Part shown: positions 27,620-38,265 of the stretch, piece after piece
How the letters are laid out: each line of letters starts with the position of its first letter
Position numbering within the stretch: position 1 is the first letter of the stretch
Source: Chloroflexota bacterium
GTDB lineage: Bacteria; Chloroflexota; Dehalococcoidia; SZUA-161; SpSt-899
Assembly: GCA_013203045.1 (NCBI GenBank)
Contig: JABMQN010000014.1
Location: forward strand, 28,373-92,372
DNA length: 64,000 nucleotides
Direction: 5' to 3'
Program-made: the position numbers and the translations under genes
Notes under the pieces: model-generated
Databases searched by the model: none
Told to the model about the DNA's origin: nothing
Seen by the model: only the letters and a program-made list of their open reading frames with translations

Positions 27620-28777
27620 ATGACTAGCGAATATGACTTCAATACCCCCATAGATCGCAGAGGAACTTCCAGCTTCAAATGGGATAAATACAAGGATCGT
27701 GATGTCATTCCTATGTGGGTGGCAGATATGGACTTCCGTTCACCTCCGGCTGTGATCGAAGCTCTGCATCAACGAGTAGACCACGGTGTTTTTGGTTATG
27801 GTGATGCCCCGTGTGAACTGAATGACATAATCGTCTCAATGTTACAGAGTGATTATGGATGGGCGATAGACTCTAGTTGGATTGTATGGTTACCCGGACT
27901 TGTTACAGGTCTCAATGTGACCTGTCGTGCGATTGGCGATGATGGCAGTGATGTGCTGACCAATACACCTGCATATCCGCCATTTCTTTCCGCACCAGAC
28001 AACTCAAGACGTAATCTGGTTTCTGTTCCGTTAGTAAGAGAAGATGACCGATGGAACTTTGATTTTGATCGGATTGAGAAAGCTATTACTCCCCAGACAA
28101 GGCTCTTCATTCTCTGCAATCCACACAATCCAACAGGCCGTGTCTTCACTCGCGACGAACTCGTTGAACTTTGTAGAATATGCGAACGTCACGACATAGT
28201 CATCTGCTCAGACGAAATCCATTGTGGACTAATTCTGGATACGGACAAAACGCATATCCCCACGGCAACACTGAGCTCTGATATTGCAGACCGTACCATT
28301 ACGTTAATGGCTCCGAGTAAAACCTATAATCTGCCCGGATTGGGATGTTCCTTTGCTATTATTTCAAATGATGATATACGATGGTCTTTTCGCAAAGCAA
28401 TGTCAGGGATCGTGCCTCATGTGAATGTGCTGGGGTTCACCGCTTCATTGGCTGCTTATCGAGATAGTCATGACTGGCAATTGGCACTCCTCTACTACTT
28501 GCGCACAAACCGTGATATTTTAGAGAAATCAATCCAAGGAATTGATGGATTGACTATGACTCACGTGGAAGCCACTTATCTGGCTTGGATCGATACACGC
28601 CAGGCGGGAATGGAGAAACCTGTTCGTTTCTTAGAGGAAGCGGGTGTGGGGCTTTCGGATGGGGCATACTTCGGTGATCCCGGTTTCGTTCGGCTCAATT
28701 TTGGTTGTCCAAGGACAATCCTAGAAGAAGCACTGCGATGTATTCGCACAGCAATGGAACACTTAGGCAAACAGTAA
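27620..28777 (+). CDS. PLP-dependent C-S lyase / aminotransferase class I-II, MalY/PatB-like cystathionine beta-lyase family
   Basis: 385 aa. It has the N-terminal FNTPIDRRGTSSFKWDKY...VIPMWVADMDF motif of MalY/PatB-type enzymes and a PLP-lysine region (APSKTYNLPG). Confidence 0.75.
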   Translation: MTSEYDFNTPIDRRGTSSFKWDKYKDRDVIPMWVADMDFRSPPAVIEALHQRVDHGVFGYGDAPCELNDIIVSMLQSDYGWAIDSSWIVWLPGLVTGLNVTCRAIGDDGSDVLTNTPAYPPFLSAPDNSRRNLVSVPLVREDDRWNFDFDRIEKAITPQTRLFILCNPHNPTGRVFTRDELVELCRICERHDIVICSDEIHCGLILDTDKTHIPTATLSSDIADRTITLMAPSKTYNLPGLGCSFAIISNDDIRWSFRKAMSGIVPHVNVLGFTASLAAYRDSHDWQLALLYYLRTNRDILEKSIQGIDGLTMTHVEATYLAWIDTRQAGMEKPVRFLEEAGVGLSDGAYFGDPGFVRLNFGCPRTILEEALRCIRTAMEHLGKQ

Positions 28778-29051
28778 ACTCCCAACCCAGGGCAATCGCA
28801 TTTTATTGTGGGGCACTTCAAGCAGTCCTCATCGTTCATGACGGGCAAGATGCCCGTCCTACGAGGGCTTTTCTATCATGCTTCCGTAGGTCAGGCGTCC
28901 CGCCTGACACGTGTGGACGCGTCTTTGTCCTGCATTCATAGCTATATATAAGATGCGATTACCCTAACTCCCAACCCACTCCCACTTCAGAAGCACCATT
29001 CCCTTATGTTAGAATTAGGAGTATTATTTTTGATGATTAGGAGCTTGTTAC

Positions 29052-30206
29052 ATGAGGACCGCAAAACGAATTGAAAAGCTGCCGCCATATTTGTTTGTTG
29101 GAATAACGAAGAAAATAGCTGAGAAACGTGCCCAGGGAGTGGACGTTATCAGTTTTGCCATCGGCGATCCTGACATTCCTACACCTGACCATATTATCGA
29201 TCGACTGTGTGAAGCAGCCCGCGATCCGGTTAATCATCGTTACCCGGAGACCGATGGACTTCCGGAGCTTCGCCAGACTATTGCTGACTGGTATCACAAA
29301 CGCTTCGGGTTGAAACTGGACTCGGATAAGGAAATATTACCACTAATTGGTTCTAAAGAGGGAATCGGGCACATGTCATTCTGTTTCATTGATCAGGACG
29401 ACCTCGCCCTGGTACCTGATCCTGGCTATCCCGTCTATTCGATGAGCACCATACTTGCAGGTGGTGAACCGCATTATCTCCCGCTTACGGAAGAGAACAA
29501 CTTCTTACCCGATCTGGCATCAGTTCCAACCAGAGTTGCAGAAAAATCTAAGATCTTGTGGATCAACTACCCAAATAATCCTACCGCTGCGGTAGCGGAC
29601 CTCGATTTCTTTGAGCAGTCAGTGACCTTCGCAAAGAGATACGATCTGTTAGTCTGTCATGATGCACCGTATACTGAAGTGGCTTTTGATGGATACCGTC
29701 CTATAAGCCTCTTGCAAGCGCCGGGGGCAATGGAAGTAGGTGTTGAATTCCATTCATTCTCCAAAACATATAACATGACTGGATGGCGCATTGGGATGGC
29801 CGTGGGGAATGCGACTGCTATTAATGCTCTGATGCGAATGAAATCGAACCTCGATTCCGGGATAAACCAGGCGATTCAGCAGATGGCAATTGCTGCCTTC
29901 AATGGACCTCAGGACTGCATTGCAAAAAACAATGCTATCTATCAGAAGCGGCGTGATAAGGTAATCGAGACTTTAAATAAGATAGGGCTTAAAGCGAATC
30001 CTCCAAAGGCCAGCCTTTATGTTTGGGCCCGTATTCCCGAGGGTTACACCTCCGCCGATTATGCGACAAAGCTCATCGATGAGGCGGGTGTTGTGGTTAC
30101 ACCGGGTACAGGCTACGGAGACGCTGGAGAAGGCTATATTCGCCTCTCTCTTACGATCCCCGATGACCGACTTGAAGAGGGACTCGCCCGACTGGAAAAA
30201 CTGTAG
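29052..30206 (+). CDS. Class I aminotransferase, probable LL-diaminopimelate aminotransferase-like
   Basis: 384 aa. RIEKLPPYLFVGI...ISFAIGDPDIPTP resembles the DapL / aspartate-aminotransferase family. It has the PLP-lysine motif SFSKTYNMTGWRIG. Confidence 0.7.
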   Translation: MRTAKRIEKLPPYLFVGITKKIAEKRAQGVDVISFAIGDPDIPTPDHIIDRLCEAARDPVNHRYPETDGLPELRQTIADWYHKRFGLKLDSDKEILPLIGSKEGIGHMSFCFIDQDDLALVPDPGYPVYSMSTILAGGEPHYLPLTEENNFLPDLASVPTRVAEKSKILWINYPNNPTAAVADLDFFEQSVTFAKRYDLLVCHDAPYTEVAFDGYRPISLLQAPGAMEVGVEFHSFSKTYNMTGWRIGMAVGNATAINALMRMKSNLDSGINQAIQQMAIAAFNGPQDCIAKNNAIYQKRRDKVIETLNKIGLKANPPKASLYVWARIPEGYTSADYATKLIDEAGVVVTPGTGYGDAGEGYIRLSLTIPDDRLEEGLARLEKL

Positions 30207-30354
30207 AGTGGTTGATGGTTAGAGATAGTTGGGTGGTTGATAGTTAATGGTTCATATTGTATGAAAATAGAGCGGTTTCAAGACATTGATGCATGGAAAG
30301 AGTCTCGTGTGCTAGTATCACAGGTCTATATGATTACCTCACAATCACCGTTAA

Positions 30355-31743
30355 ATGATTGGGGCAAGGATCCAATACAAAACCACCAACCAAATAACCA
30401 CCAACCAATCGGAGGCTAACATACCCAAGAAACGCACAACTCCTACTAGACAAGAGCCGGAGAAGGCTATATTGGTTGGCATCGAGCTCAAACGATCCCA
30501 ACATATATGGTCGATTGATGACTCGCTGGAAGAGTTGGCGCTCCTGGCCGAGACTGCTGGGGCAAAGGTCGTCGGAACAGTCACGCAGAAGCTTGATAGA
30601 ATCAGTCCATCTCATCTCATTGGCAAAGGTAAGCTTGAAGAACTGATCGAGCTCAAGGATGAACTTAATAGCGATCTAATCATCTTTGATGACGAGCTTT
30701 CTCCGGCACAGCAACGAAACCTCGATAGGGCGATGGGAGTCAAGGTCCTTGACCGAACCGCGCTTATCCTCGATATCTTCGCTAGTCGTGCCCATACCCA
30801 TGAAGGCCGACTCCAAGTCGATCTGGCCCAGCACCAATATCTGCTGCCCAGGTTAGCCGGTCTCTGGCCCCACCTGGAACGACTTGGCGGTGGAATTGGA
30901 ACCAGGGGACCGGGTGAGACGCAGTTAGAATCTGATCGACGCCATATTGAATTACGCATAAAGCACCTCAAGTCACAAATTGAAGATGTCCGTAAACATC
31001 GAGCGCAGTACCGTCAGCGGCGTGCGACTACCGGCATTCCGGTGATTGCACTTGTCGGATACACCAATGCTGGCAAGAGCACTCTCCTAAATGCTCTCAG
31101 CCAATCAGACGTATTTGTGGAAGATAAACTCTTCGCCACGCTAGATACCACTACACGACGATTGACTTTACATAACAATCAAGAAGCGCTCATGAGTGAT
31201 ACCGTTGGTTTCATCCAAAAGCTACCGCCTACAGTAGTAGCAGCATTCAAAGCCACCCTGGAGGAATTGAATGAAGCTGATATACTCCTTCATGTAATTG
31301 ACATAACACACAAGAATGCGGCAGAACAGGCTCAAACTGTTGATGATTTACTTGAAGAATTGGGGTTGAGTGATAAACCAAAGATCATCGCTATTAACAA
31401 GGTCGATCTGCTGGCAGAGGAAGATGGCATTAGTGGAGAGGAGGCGATCAAACACTATCGTCAACGAATGGGTGATGATATTGGCCCAGTGATACCCATT
31501 GCAGCAGCGCAGGGGTGGGGGCTGAAAGGGCTGCAAAATCTAATTGCGGATATGTTGAGTGAAAGAATGGTGAGTGTTACGGTTAATATTCCCTACAGTG
31601 CTGCCGACCTGGTAAACCTTTTCCACCGATACGGAACGATTGAACATGAGGAATACACCGAGTCAGGCTCACTTATCTCGGGTAAAATACCGAGAAAAAT
31701 TGAGCCAGAATTCCGGGAGCGCGCCTCGAAACCGGATAACTAA
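30355..31743 (+). CDS. hflX: GTPase HflX. The start codon is uncertain; a TTG at 30472 preceded by GGAGAAGG is a plausible true start
   Basis: It has the HflX N-terminal domain (AILVGIEL...), the [19 protein letters not shown] motif, and G1 [16 protein letters not shown]. The supplied ORF begins 117 nt upstream of the in-frame TTG (30472) and has no upstream ATG. Confidence 0.88.
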   Translation: MIGARIQYKTTNQITTNQSEANIPKKRTTPTRQEPEKAILVGIELKRSQHIWSIDDSLEELALLAETAGAKVVGTVTQKLDRISPSHLIGKGKLEELIELKDELNSDLIIFDDELSPAQQRNLDRAMGVKVLDRTALILDIFASRAHTHEGRLQVDLAQHQYLLPRLAGLWPHLERLGGGIGTRGPGETQLESDRRHIELRIKHLKSQIEDVRKHRAQYRQRRATTGIPVIALVGYTNAGKSTLLNALSQSDVFVEDKLFATLDTTTRRLTLHNNQEALMSDTVGFIQKLPPTVVAAFKATLEELNEADILLHVIDITHKNAAEQAQTVDDLLEELGLSDKPKIIAINKVDLLAEEDGISGEEAIKHYRQRMGDDIGPVIPIAAAQGWGLKGLQNLIADMLSERMVSVTVNIPYSAADLVNLFHRYGTIEHEEYTESGSLISGKIPRKIEPEFRERASKPDN

Positions 31744-31968
31744 CATCGATGGTCATTGCCGATGAGCCTCAGGCAATGAATAAATCTCATTGGCGGCTGT
31801 GATTCTCGTAGCGCGAGGCTTTAGCCTCGCTTGGGCGACCCTGAAGGGTCGCACTACGGACTCAACGGAGTTACAGGGACGTAGTAGTCAGGGAAATTTT
31901 TCGCTTTGCTTGGAAGGGAAAGGAAAATTCCAGTAGCATTGAAGGTAGTAAATCGCTAGAATAATGGT

Positions 31969-34900
31969 GTGGCCTCACTGGATTTATTCCATCCCCTCAT
32001 TTCAAAATGGTTTGCAGAACAAGTTGGTAAGCCAACGGATGTACAGGACCAAGCATGGCCAAAGATATCCACTGGCGAGCACATATTAGTTACTGCACCC
32101 ACCGGCAGCGGTAAAACTCTAACAGCATTTCTGTGGGCTATCAATCAACTGGTCGCTGGCCAGTGGCCTACCGGACACACCAGCGTCCTTTACGTTTCAC
32201 CGCTCAAAGCTCTGAACAACGATATCCGGCGCAACTTGATTTCACCACTAAGTTCCTTGAAAGAGATGTTCGAACGGGAAGGAGAAGCGTTTCCAGATAT
32301 CCGGATTCAAACGCGGAGCGGAGACACTCCACAATCGGAGCGGATGCGAATGCAACGGCATCCCCCGGAAATCCTCATTACGACCCCGGAGAGCCTGAAC
32401 CTGATCTTGAGTTCCCCCAATGCAAGGTCGATTTTAAGGGATCTCTCCACTGTTATTCTCGATGAAATCCACGGAGTTATCGATAGCAAACGGGGCACCC
32501 ACCTTATCACTGCTGTGGATCGGCTTGTTCTGTTATGTGGCGAATTTCAGCGTATTTCCCTTTCCGCTACCATAAAACCGCTGGAGAAGGTTGCCGAATT
32601 CGTAGCCGGATATGCCATCGAAGGGAGTCCTCAGAATCCCAAGTACTTACCACGGCAGACTTCTATCGTACAATCCGGTGCATCCAAGGATTACGAAGTT
32701 AAAGTGCGTTTCCCTGAAGAGGCTCTCGATTGGAATACGCATGAATCGTTGTGGGACCCGCTGGTGGGAGAGTTTAAAAAGGTAGTGGGACAGAATCAGT
32801 CAACTTTGTTTTTCACCAATAGTCGCCGACTTTGCGAAAAGATGACTCACAAGATCAATGACGGCGAAGATCATACAATTGCCTATTCTCACCACGGGTC
32901 TCTTTCACGCGAAATACGAACGGAAGTGGAACATAAGCTCAAGGCCGGGGATCTAAAAGCCATCATTGCCACCAACTCACTGGAAATGGGAATTGATATA
33001 GGAGCGCTCGATGAAGTGGTATTGATCCAGTCGCCACCTTCAGTATCATCCGCCATTCAACGAGTGGGCCGTGCCGGACATCAGGTCGGTGAAGTAAGCA
33101 AAGGCACGGTTTTTCCCACCCACTCAAATGATTTTCTTCAGGCAGCGGTGCTGGCAGCTGGGATCATAAACCAAGATATTGAAGAAGTTAAACCCGTTGA
33201 GTGCCCTCTGGATGTACTGGCTCAGATAATTATCTCAATGGTAGGAGTGGAGATATGGAATATCGATGAGTTGTATTCGCAACTAAAATCCAGCTATCCC
33301 TATAGAAATCTGAGTCGGGAGCAGTTCGACCTGGTCTTGAACATGCTTGGCGGTCGATATGCCGATAGTCGGGTTCGCGAACTCAAGCCAACGATTTCGA
33401 TTGACCGACTCGATAACACCGTAGTAGCTCGAAAGGGTGCGTTGCTTTCGTTATACACATCCGGCGGCACTATTCCCGATAGGGGATATTTCCATCTTCG
33501 CCACAACGAAACCGGTGCGTTAATTGGTGAACTTGATGAGGAGTTCGTCTGGGAGGCATCTGTCGGACAGATATTCACGCTGGGAGCCCAGAACTGGAAG
33601 ATCGAGAGAATTACGCATAACGACATGTTTGTTTCACCGGGGAATCCCAAAGCGCTGGCCCCTCCATTCTGGATCGGTGAGGAGCAGAACAGGGATTTCC
33701 ATTTCTCAGAAATGATAGCCGAATTTCTTGAGATAGCGAATGATCAGTTAGATTCGCCAGATTTTATGAGTTTTCTGAGAAAAGAGCATTTCATGGACCC
33801 AACCGCAGCACAGCAGTTGATAAGCTATTTAAAAAGACAAAGGGAGGAAACCGACTGCAATCTGCCTCACAGGCATCACATATTGATAGAACTGGTCGCT
33901 TCCGGACCGGGAGGATTCCCGGGCAACCAGTTGGTACTGCACACTCTTTGGGGAGGCTCTGTAAATCGACCCTTTGCCATGGCACTGGACGCAGCCTGGG
34001 AAGAACGATTTGGGCAAAAACTCGAAGTATATACCAGTGACGATTGCATCGTGCTTCAACTTCCGAATGACGTTCGCGGAGAGGAAATCCTCTCACTGGT
34101 GACTAGCACCAATGTAGAAACACTGTTAAGAAAAAGACTTGAGGGTTCGGGATACTTTGGGGCACGGTTCCGAGAGTGTGCCGGACGGGCACTGTTACTA
34201 ACTCGCAATAGAGTATCCCAACGAATGCCTCTTTGGATGAGTAGATTGCGCTCTCAGAAGTTGATGGATGCAGTGATGAAATACGATGATTTCCCCATCC
34301 TGATTGAAGCATGGCGAACCTGTCTTCAGGATGAATTTGACATGCAGAACTTGAAGCAAGTGTTAAGTGAACTCGAATGCGGCTTGATCTGCCGGACTGA
34401 AGTGCGGACCAATTCCCCGAGCCCCATGGCCCAAAGCTCTACATGGCGCCAGATTACCGAATACATGTACATGACGGACAAACCCGGAGGGGAGACGATA
34501 TCGAAGCTGCGCAGTGATCTACTTCGCGATGTGGTGTTCACTCCTGGTATTCGGCCCACCATCTCACCGGAACTTATTGATAAATTCGAATTGAAACGTC
34601 AAAGGCTGGCCCCCGGATATGCACCGGAAACATCACGTGAGTTGCTTGACTGGGTGAAGGAACGATTGATCATCCCCTATTCGGAATGGGGGAAATTACT
34701 GCAGGCGATACACCGGGATCACGAAGTGAATATTGTAGAATTCCTGGAACCTGTCTCCAGGAAAATCGTAAGAGTATTTCTCCCTCAAATATCGGACCCT
34801 CTTGTTGTAGCCATCGAGGAATTGCCACGAGTTGTCCATGGGCTTTGGCCTGATTCCATGTCATTGCGAGGCATTACAAATGCCGCGGCAATCTCCCAGT

Positions 34901-36282
34901 CTCCAGATGAGATTGCTTCGTCGCCTACGGCTTCTCGCAAAGACACAATATGTCTTGATGGCACAATTCCAATAATAAGCGAATACGAAACTGAAGAGGA
35001 TCACGACGAGGTTTTGACATCGATTCTTGGGCAATGGGTCCAGTTCTACGGCCCCATTACACCGGAAATCATCAGATCTAAACTCGGTATCGAGACGGAA
35101 AGACTTAGTTTGGTGCTTGAGGATCTGATTGATTCCGAAAGTATCATCACTGGACAGCTAACCACAGATGGCACAGACAATGAAATCTGCGATAGCGAGA
35201 ATTTCGAAATACTACTGCGGCTTTCACGAGTTGAAACCATACCCCCATTTGAGCCACTGGATATTGAGTGGTTGCCTTTATTCCTGGCCACTCACCAAAA
35301 ACTCACCGATCCTCCCAATGATGTTGATGGACTATTTGCCTGCATAGAACAGCTTGCTTGCTATCCAGTTGAAAGTGCAAAATGGGAAACTGACATTCTT
35401 TCTGCTCGGATGCAATCGTATTCCACGTCCCAGTTAGATACGATCATACAAGAGGGAGACCTTAGATGGATAGGCAGCGGAAGGGAACAGGTTTCTTTCT
35501 GCTTTGAATCAGAACTCGATTTGATTCAAGAAGAGAACTCTCAGCAAACAGAAAATGGAGCACCACAAAGTTCAGTGGATAAACTGTTCTCTGATTTATC
35601 AGGTTGGTATGATTTCTCCACCCTCATGAGAACATCAAACGCAACTCCAGGTGAACTGTCCGAGCAACTCTGGGAAGCAGTATGGCACGGGCAAGTAACC
35701 AACGATACATTCGCATCGTTACGGAAGGGAATCGAGAACCGATTCAAGGTTCCTAATATAACCCCTGAGAAGCAAAGCCTACGTAGTCGGGGCCGCCGAT
35801 CCGGTAGCCGTGCGAGTTTCACACGATGGAAGGGGTCTTTGCCGTTTGCCGGCAACTGGTTCCGGTTACCAATCCCGGACACATCCGATGACTTAATCGA
35901 GATTGAAGAACGGAATAAGGAACGTGCCAGACTGTTACTGGATCGTTACGGCATCCTCTTCAGGCAATTGTTGGTTAACGAATCATCAGCGTTTCGCTGG
36001 CCGAGCGTCTTTCGATCTTTACGATTAATGGAACTCTCCGGAGAAGTGCTGTCAGGATATTTCTTCGAGGGGATTCCCGGTCCACAGTTTATCTCACATC
36101 AGGCGTTTCGCGAACTGCAGAGGAAACTGCCGGAAGATGCCGTCTATTGGATTAACGCCACTGATCCGATATCTTTGTGTGGTATTCAAATCGATTCTTT
36201 AAAAGGCATGCTACCAAAGCGCGTTCCCAGCACGCATCTGGTCTTTCGAGGGAAGGACTTGATCATGGTATCGCAGCGTTAA
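31969..36282 (+). CDS. lhr: Lhr-family large ATP-dependent DEAD/DEAH-box helicase
   Basis: 1437 aa. The N-terminus DLFHPLISKWFAEQVGKPTDVQDQAWPKISTGEHILVTAPTGSGKTLTAF is typical of Lhr. It has the DEIH box and helicase C motifs (IATNSLEMGIDIG...QRVGRAGH). Confidence 0.85.
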   Translation: MASLDLFHPLISKWFAEQVGKPTDVQDQAWPKISTGEHILVTAPTGSGKTLTAFLWAINQLVAGQWPTGHTSVLYVSPLKALNNDIRRNLISPLSSLKEMFEREGEAFPDIRIQTRSGDTPQSERMRMQRHPPEILITTPESLNLILSSPNARSILRDLSTVILDEIHGVIDSKRGTHLITAVDRLVLLCGEFQRISLSATIKPLEKVAEFVAGYAIEGSPQNPKYLPRQTSIVQSGASKDYEVKVRFPEEALDWNTHESLWDPLVGEFKKVVGQNQSTLFFTNSRRLCEKMTHKINDGEDHTIAYSHHGSLSREIRTEVEHKLKAGDLKAIIATNSLEMGIDIGALDEVVLIQSPPSVSSAIQRVGRAGHQVGEVSKGTVFPTHSNDFLQAAVLAAGIINQDIEEVKPVECPLDVLAQIIISMVGVEIWNIDELYSQLKSSYPYRNLSREQFDLVLNMLGGRYADSRVRELKPTISIDRLDNTVVARKGALLSLYTSGGTIPDRGYFHLRHNETGALIGELDEEFVWEASVGQIFTLGAQNWKIERITHNDMFVSPGNPKALAPPFWIGEEQNRDFHFSEMIAEFLEIANDQLDSPDFMSFLRKEHFMDPTAAQQLISYLKRQREETDCNLPHRHHILIELVASGPGGFPGNQLVLHTLWGGSVNRPFAMALDAAWEERFGQKLEVYTSDDCIVLQLPNDVRGEEILSLVTSTNVETLLRKRLEGSGYFGARFRECAGRALLLTRNRVSQRMPLWMSRLRSQKLMDAVMKYDDFPILIEAWRTCLQDEFDMQNLKQVLSELECGLICRTEVRTNSPSPMAQSSTWRQITEYMYMTDKPGGETISKLRSDLLRDVVFTPGIRPTISPELIDKFELKRQRLAPGYAPETSRELLDWVKERLIIPYSEWGKLLQAIHRDHEVNIVEFLEPVSRKIVRVFLPQISDPLVVAIEELPRVVHGLWPDSMSLRGITNAAAISQSPDEIASSPTASRKDTICLDGTIPIISEYETEEDHDEVLTSILGQWVQFYGPITPEIIRSKLGIETERLSLVLEDLIDSESIITGQLTTDGTDNEICDSENFEILLRLSRVETIPPFEPLDIEWLPLFLATHQKLTDPPNDVDGLFACIEQLACYPVESAKWETDILSARMQSYSTSQLDTIIQEGDLRWIGSGREQVSFCFESELDLIQEENSQQTENGAPQSSVDKLFSDLSGWYDFSTLMRTSNATPGELSEQLWEAVWHGQVTNDTFASLRKGIENRFKVPNITPEKQSLRSRGRRSGSRASFTRWKGSLPFAGNWFRLPIPDTSDDLIEIEERNKERARLLLDRYGILFRQLLVNESSAFRWPSVFRSLRLMELSGEVLSGYFFEGIPGPQFISHQAFRELQRKLPEDAVYWINATDPISLCGIQIDSLKGMLPKRVPSTHLVFRGKDLIMVSQR

Positions 36283-36514
36283 TGGCAAGGTATTAACTTT
36301 CAATATAACACCTGATGATCCTCGTTTGACCGAGTATCTGGGTGTACTACGCCATCTGCTTACCCGCCGATTTCAACCTGTACGCCGAATCACTATCGAG
36401 ACTATTAATGCAGAGGAAGCTGCACGGAGCCCTTATATCGATGCACTGCGCACCGGTTTCGAGTTGATGATCGAACACAAGAATGTTATTCTATACAACG
36501 CGTCTCGTAGATAA
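36263..36514 (+). pseudogene. Possible 3'-terminal fragment of lhr in a different frame (frameshift) or an independent small ORF
   Basis: A second frame is open from 36263 through 36514, overlapping the lhr stop at 36280-36282. It reads ...VNGKVLTFNITPDDPRLTEYLGVLRHLLTRRFQPVRRITIETINAEEAARSPYIDALRTGFELMIEHKNVILYNASRR. Lhr plus this tail would be about 1510 aa, close to the length of characterised Lhr proteins. Confidence 0.3.
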
Positions 36515-36522
36515 CTGTATTT

Positions 36523-37458
36523 ATGGAAGATTCACTATCAAAAGCAAAAGAGCATCTTGAAAGGGCAAATGCCTACAAGGTTAACAATGAGATCGAAAAA
36601 GCACTTTATGAAGTAGAGTGCGCAAACCGATGGGCCCCTAATTGGGCTGATCCCCATTATTTGAGAGGACTTCTCCTGGAATCGCTTGGACGAAGTCAAG
36701 AAGCTCAAGCAGCCTTTCATAAGGCAGAATTGCTTGACCTTTCATTCCGCAAAACCAATTCTGTGTTTGATGGCAACAAAGAAGAGGCTGCCACAACTGT
36801 TCCATGGACTGCACGAGATGTATGGTTGGGTTTTGCACTATTCATCGGTATTGTAATCGCTTTCATTGGGGTCTCGGTGGCGCTATGGTTACTCTCTATA
36901 GAAATAAAACTGGAGTTGTTAATTGTAATTAACGAAGCACTATTTCTGGTACCGGTTTGGTGGTTTGCCTGGCGAAGGTATGGAAGCGATTGGAAGACAT
37001 TGGGATTTAGAGGGTTTGATTGGAATATCGTTTGGATCGGATTTGGCCTTTTATTCGCCTCCTATATTTTTACTATCATTTATGGACTGATCGTAACACA
37101 AATATTCGATTCGGAAATGCAACCCGATCTAGGTCCGGTCGCAGATGAAATGTCATTTCCCTGGCTGCTCATTATAACAGCAGTGGTTATCGCTCCAGTT
37201 GTGGAAGAGATATTTTTCAGAGGATTTATTTTTGCCGGATTTCGGCAGCGTTACGGCTGGCAGAAGGCAGCCCTGATCAGTTCTGCGTTGTTCGCATTGG
37301 TTCATATGCAACCCTTGGCGTTTATTCCGCTTTTCATTTTGGGATATATATTTGCATTCCTCTACCATCGGAGTAATTCCATATTACCTGGCATTTTAAT
37401 GCACTTCATCGTTAACCTGTGGGGAGTTTTCGTAGAGTTCGTTATACTTTCCGATTGA
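36523..37458 (+). CDS. CPBP family intramembrane metalloprotease (CAAX protease / Abi) with an N-terminal TPR-like soluble region
   Basis: 311 aa with several transmembrane helices. It carries the conserved CPBP motifs EEIFFRGFIFAGF and SALFALVHM... Confidence 0.75.
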   Translation: MEDSLSKAKEHLERANAYKVNNEIEKALYEVECANRWAPNWADPHYLRGLLLESLGRSQEAQAAFHKAELLDLSFRKTNSVFDGNKEEAATTVPWTARDVWLGFALFIGIVIAFIGVSVALWLLSIEIKLELLIVINEALFLVPVWWFAWRRYGSDWKTLGFRGFDWNIVWIGFGLLFASYIFTIIYGLIVTQIFDSEMQPDLGPVADEMSFPWLLIITAVVIAPVVEEIFFRGFIFAGFRQRYGWQKAALISSALFALVHMQPLAFIPLFILGYIFAFLYHRSNSILPGILMHFIVNLWGVFVEFVILSD

Positions 37459-37605
37459 TGTACGCTTGCGCTGCGGATCATTCGATGAACCAGCTAGTCA
37501 AATCACTCTGAATGTATCATATGTGTGATTAGAATTGGGAGTTGATGGGGTGTACTAAACCGCAGAGGTGAGAATGATAAGTGAGAAGGAAGAAAGTCTG
37601 GAGAC

Positions 37606-38265
37606 TTATGGGATGATTTCTACGGATCCGTTATGGACCTCATAACCAGCCATCTCTTTGAAATCATGGTCGGTCAGCATTAAATCCCCAATAGTAAGAT
37701 CATAGGGTCTGATTCCAGCCGAATTCACTACTTGCAGACTGAATGTGGATAAAATCCCACTCGAGTCAGTAACATCCGTCATACCCTTCCGAGCGATAGC
37801 AAAGCGAACTTTACCAGCCGTGTTATCAATACTTTTAGTCCCGATGAGGGGATCGACACCAAGCAGGTCACCCGATACTACATCGATTAATTGAAACACC
37901 GTCGGATCAAATTCCAAAACTACTTCACAACCGCTAACTCCAGACCCTGTCAAGTTTGCCACCAGGTTTACGCTGATCTCTTCACCGGACCGAGTTTCAC
38001 TGTATTGGGGATCAATGTAAATGCCTGAGATGGGAACGACTGGCGTTTGGCTTACTTCAGGTGGTGTTTGCGGTAAAGGAGGTTGAACATCTTCTGGTGT
38101 TGGTACTACTGGAGGTGTTGATGATACCCCTTCAGAGGCAGATGTTGAGACTAAAGTGTCCGTTGTTCCATCCCAACCAGTGACTCCCACGAATACAGCA
38201 CAAGCTAAAAGCACCATAGCCATTAGTGATAGAATTATCTTTGCCGCGCGTGTTTGAAGTATCAA
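37606..38265 (-). CDS. Membrane-anchored cohesin-domain protein
   Basis: 219 aa. It has an N-terminal signal-anchor (AAKIILSLMAMVLLACAVFVGV) and a Pro/Thr-rich linker. A roughly 140-aa beta-sandwich domain follows, with cohesin-like segments (...EEISVNLVANLTG...KVRFAIARKG...) homologous to the cohesin-like domain of the upstream gene. Its start overlaps the upstream stop by 4 nt. Confidence 0.5.
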   Translation of the reverse strand: MILQTRAAKIILSLMAMVLLACAVFVGVTGWDGTTDTLVSTSASEGVSSTPPVVPTPEDVQPPLPQTPPEVSQTPVVPISGIYIDPQYSETRSGEEISVNLVANLTGSGVSGCEVVLEFDPTVFQLIDVVSGDLLGVDPLIGTKSIDNTAGKVRFAIARKGMTDVTDSSGILSTFSLQVVNSAGIRPYDLTIGDLMLTDHDFKEMAGYEVHNGSVEIIP

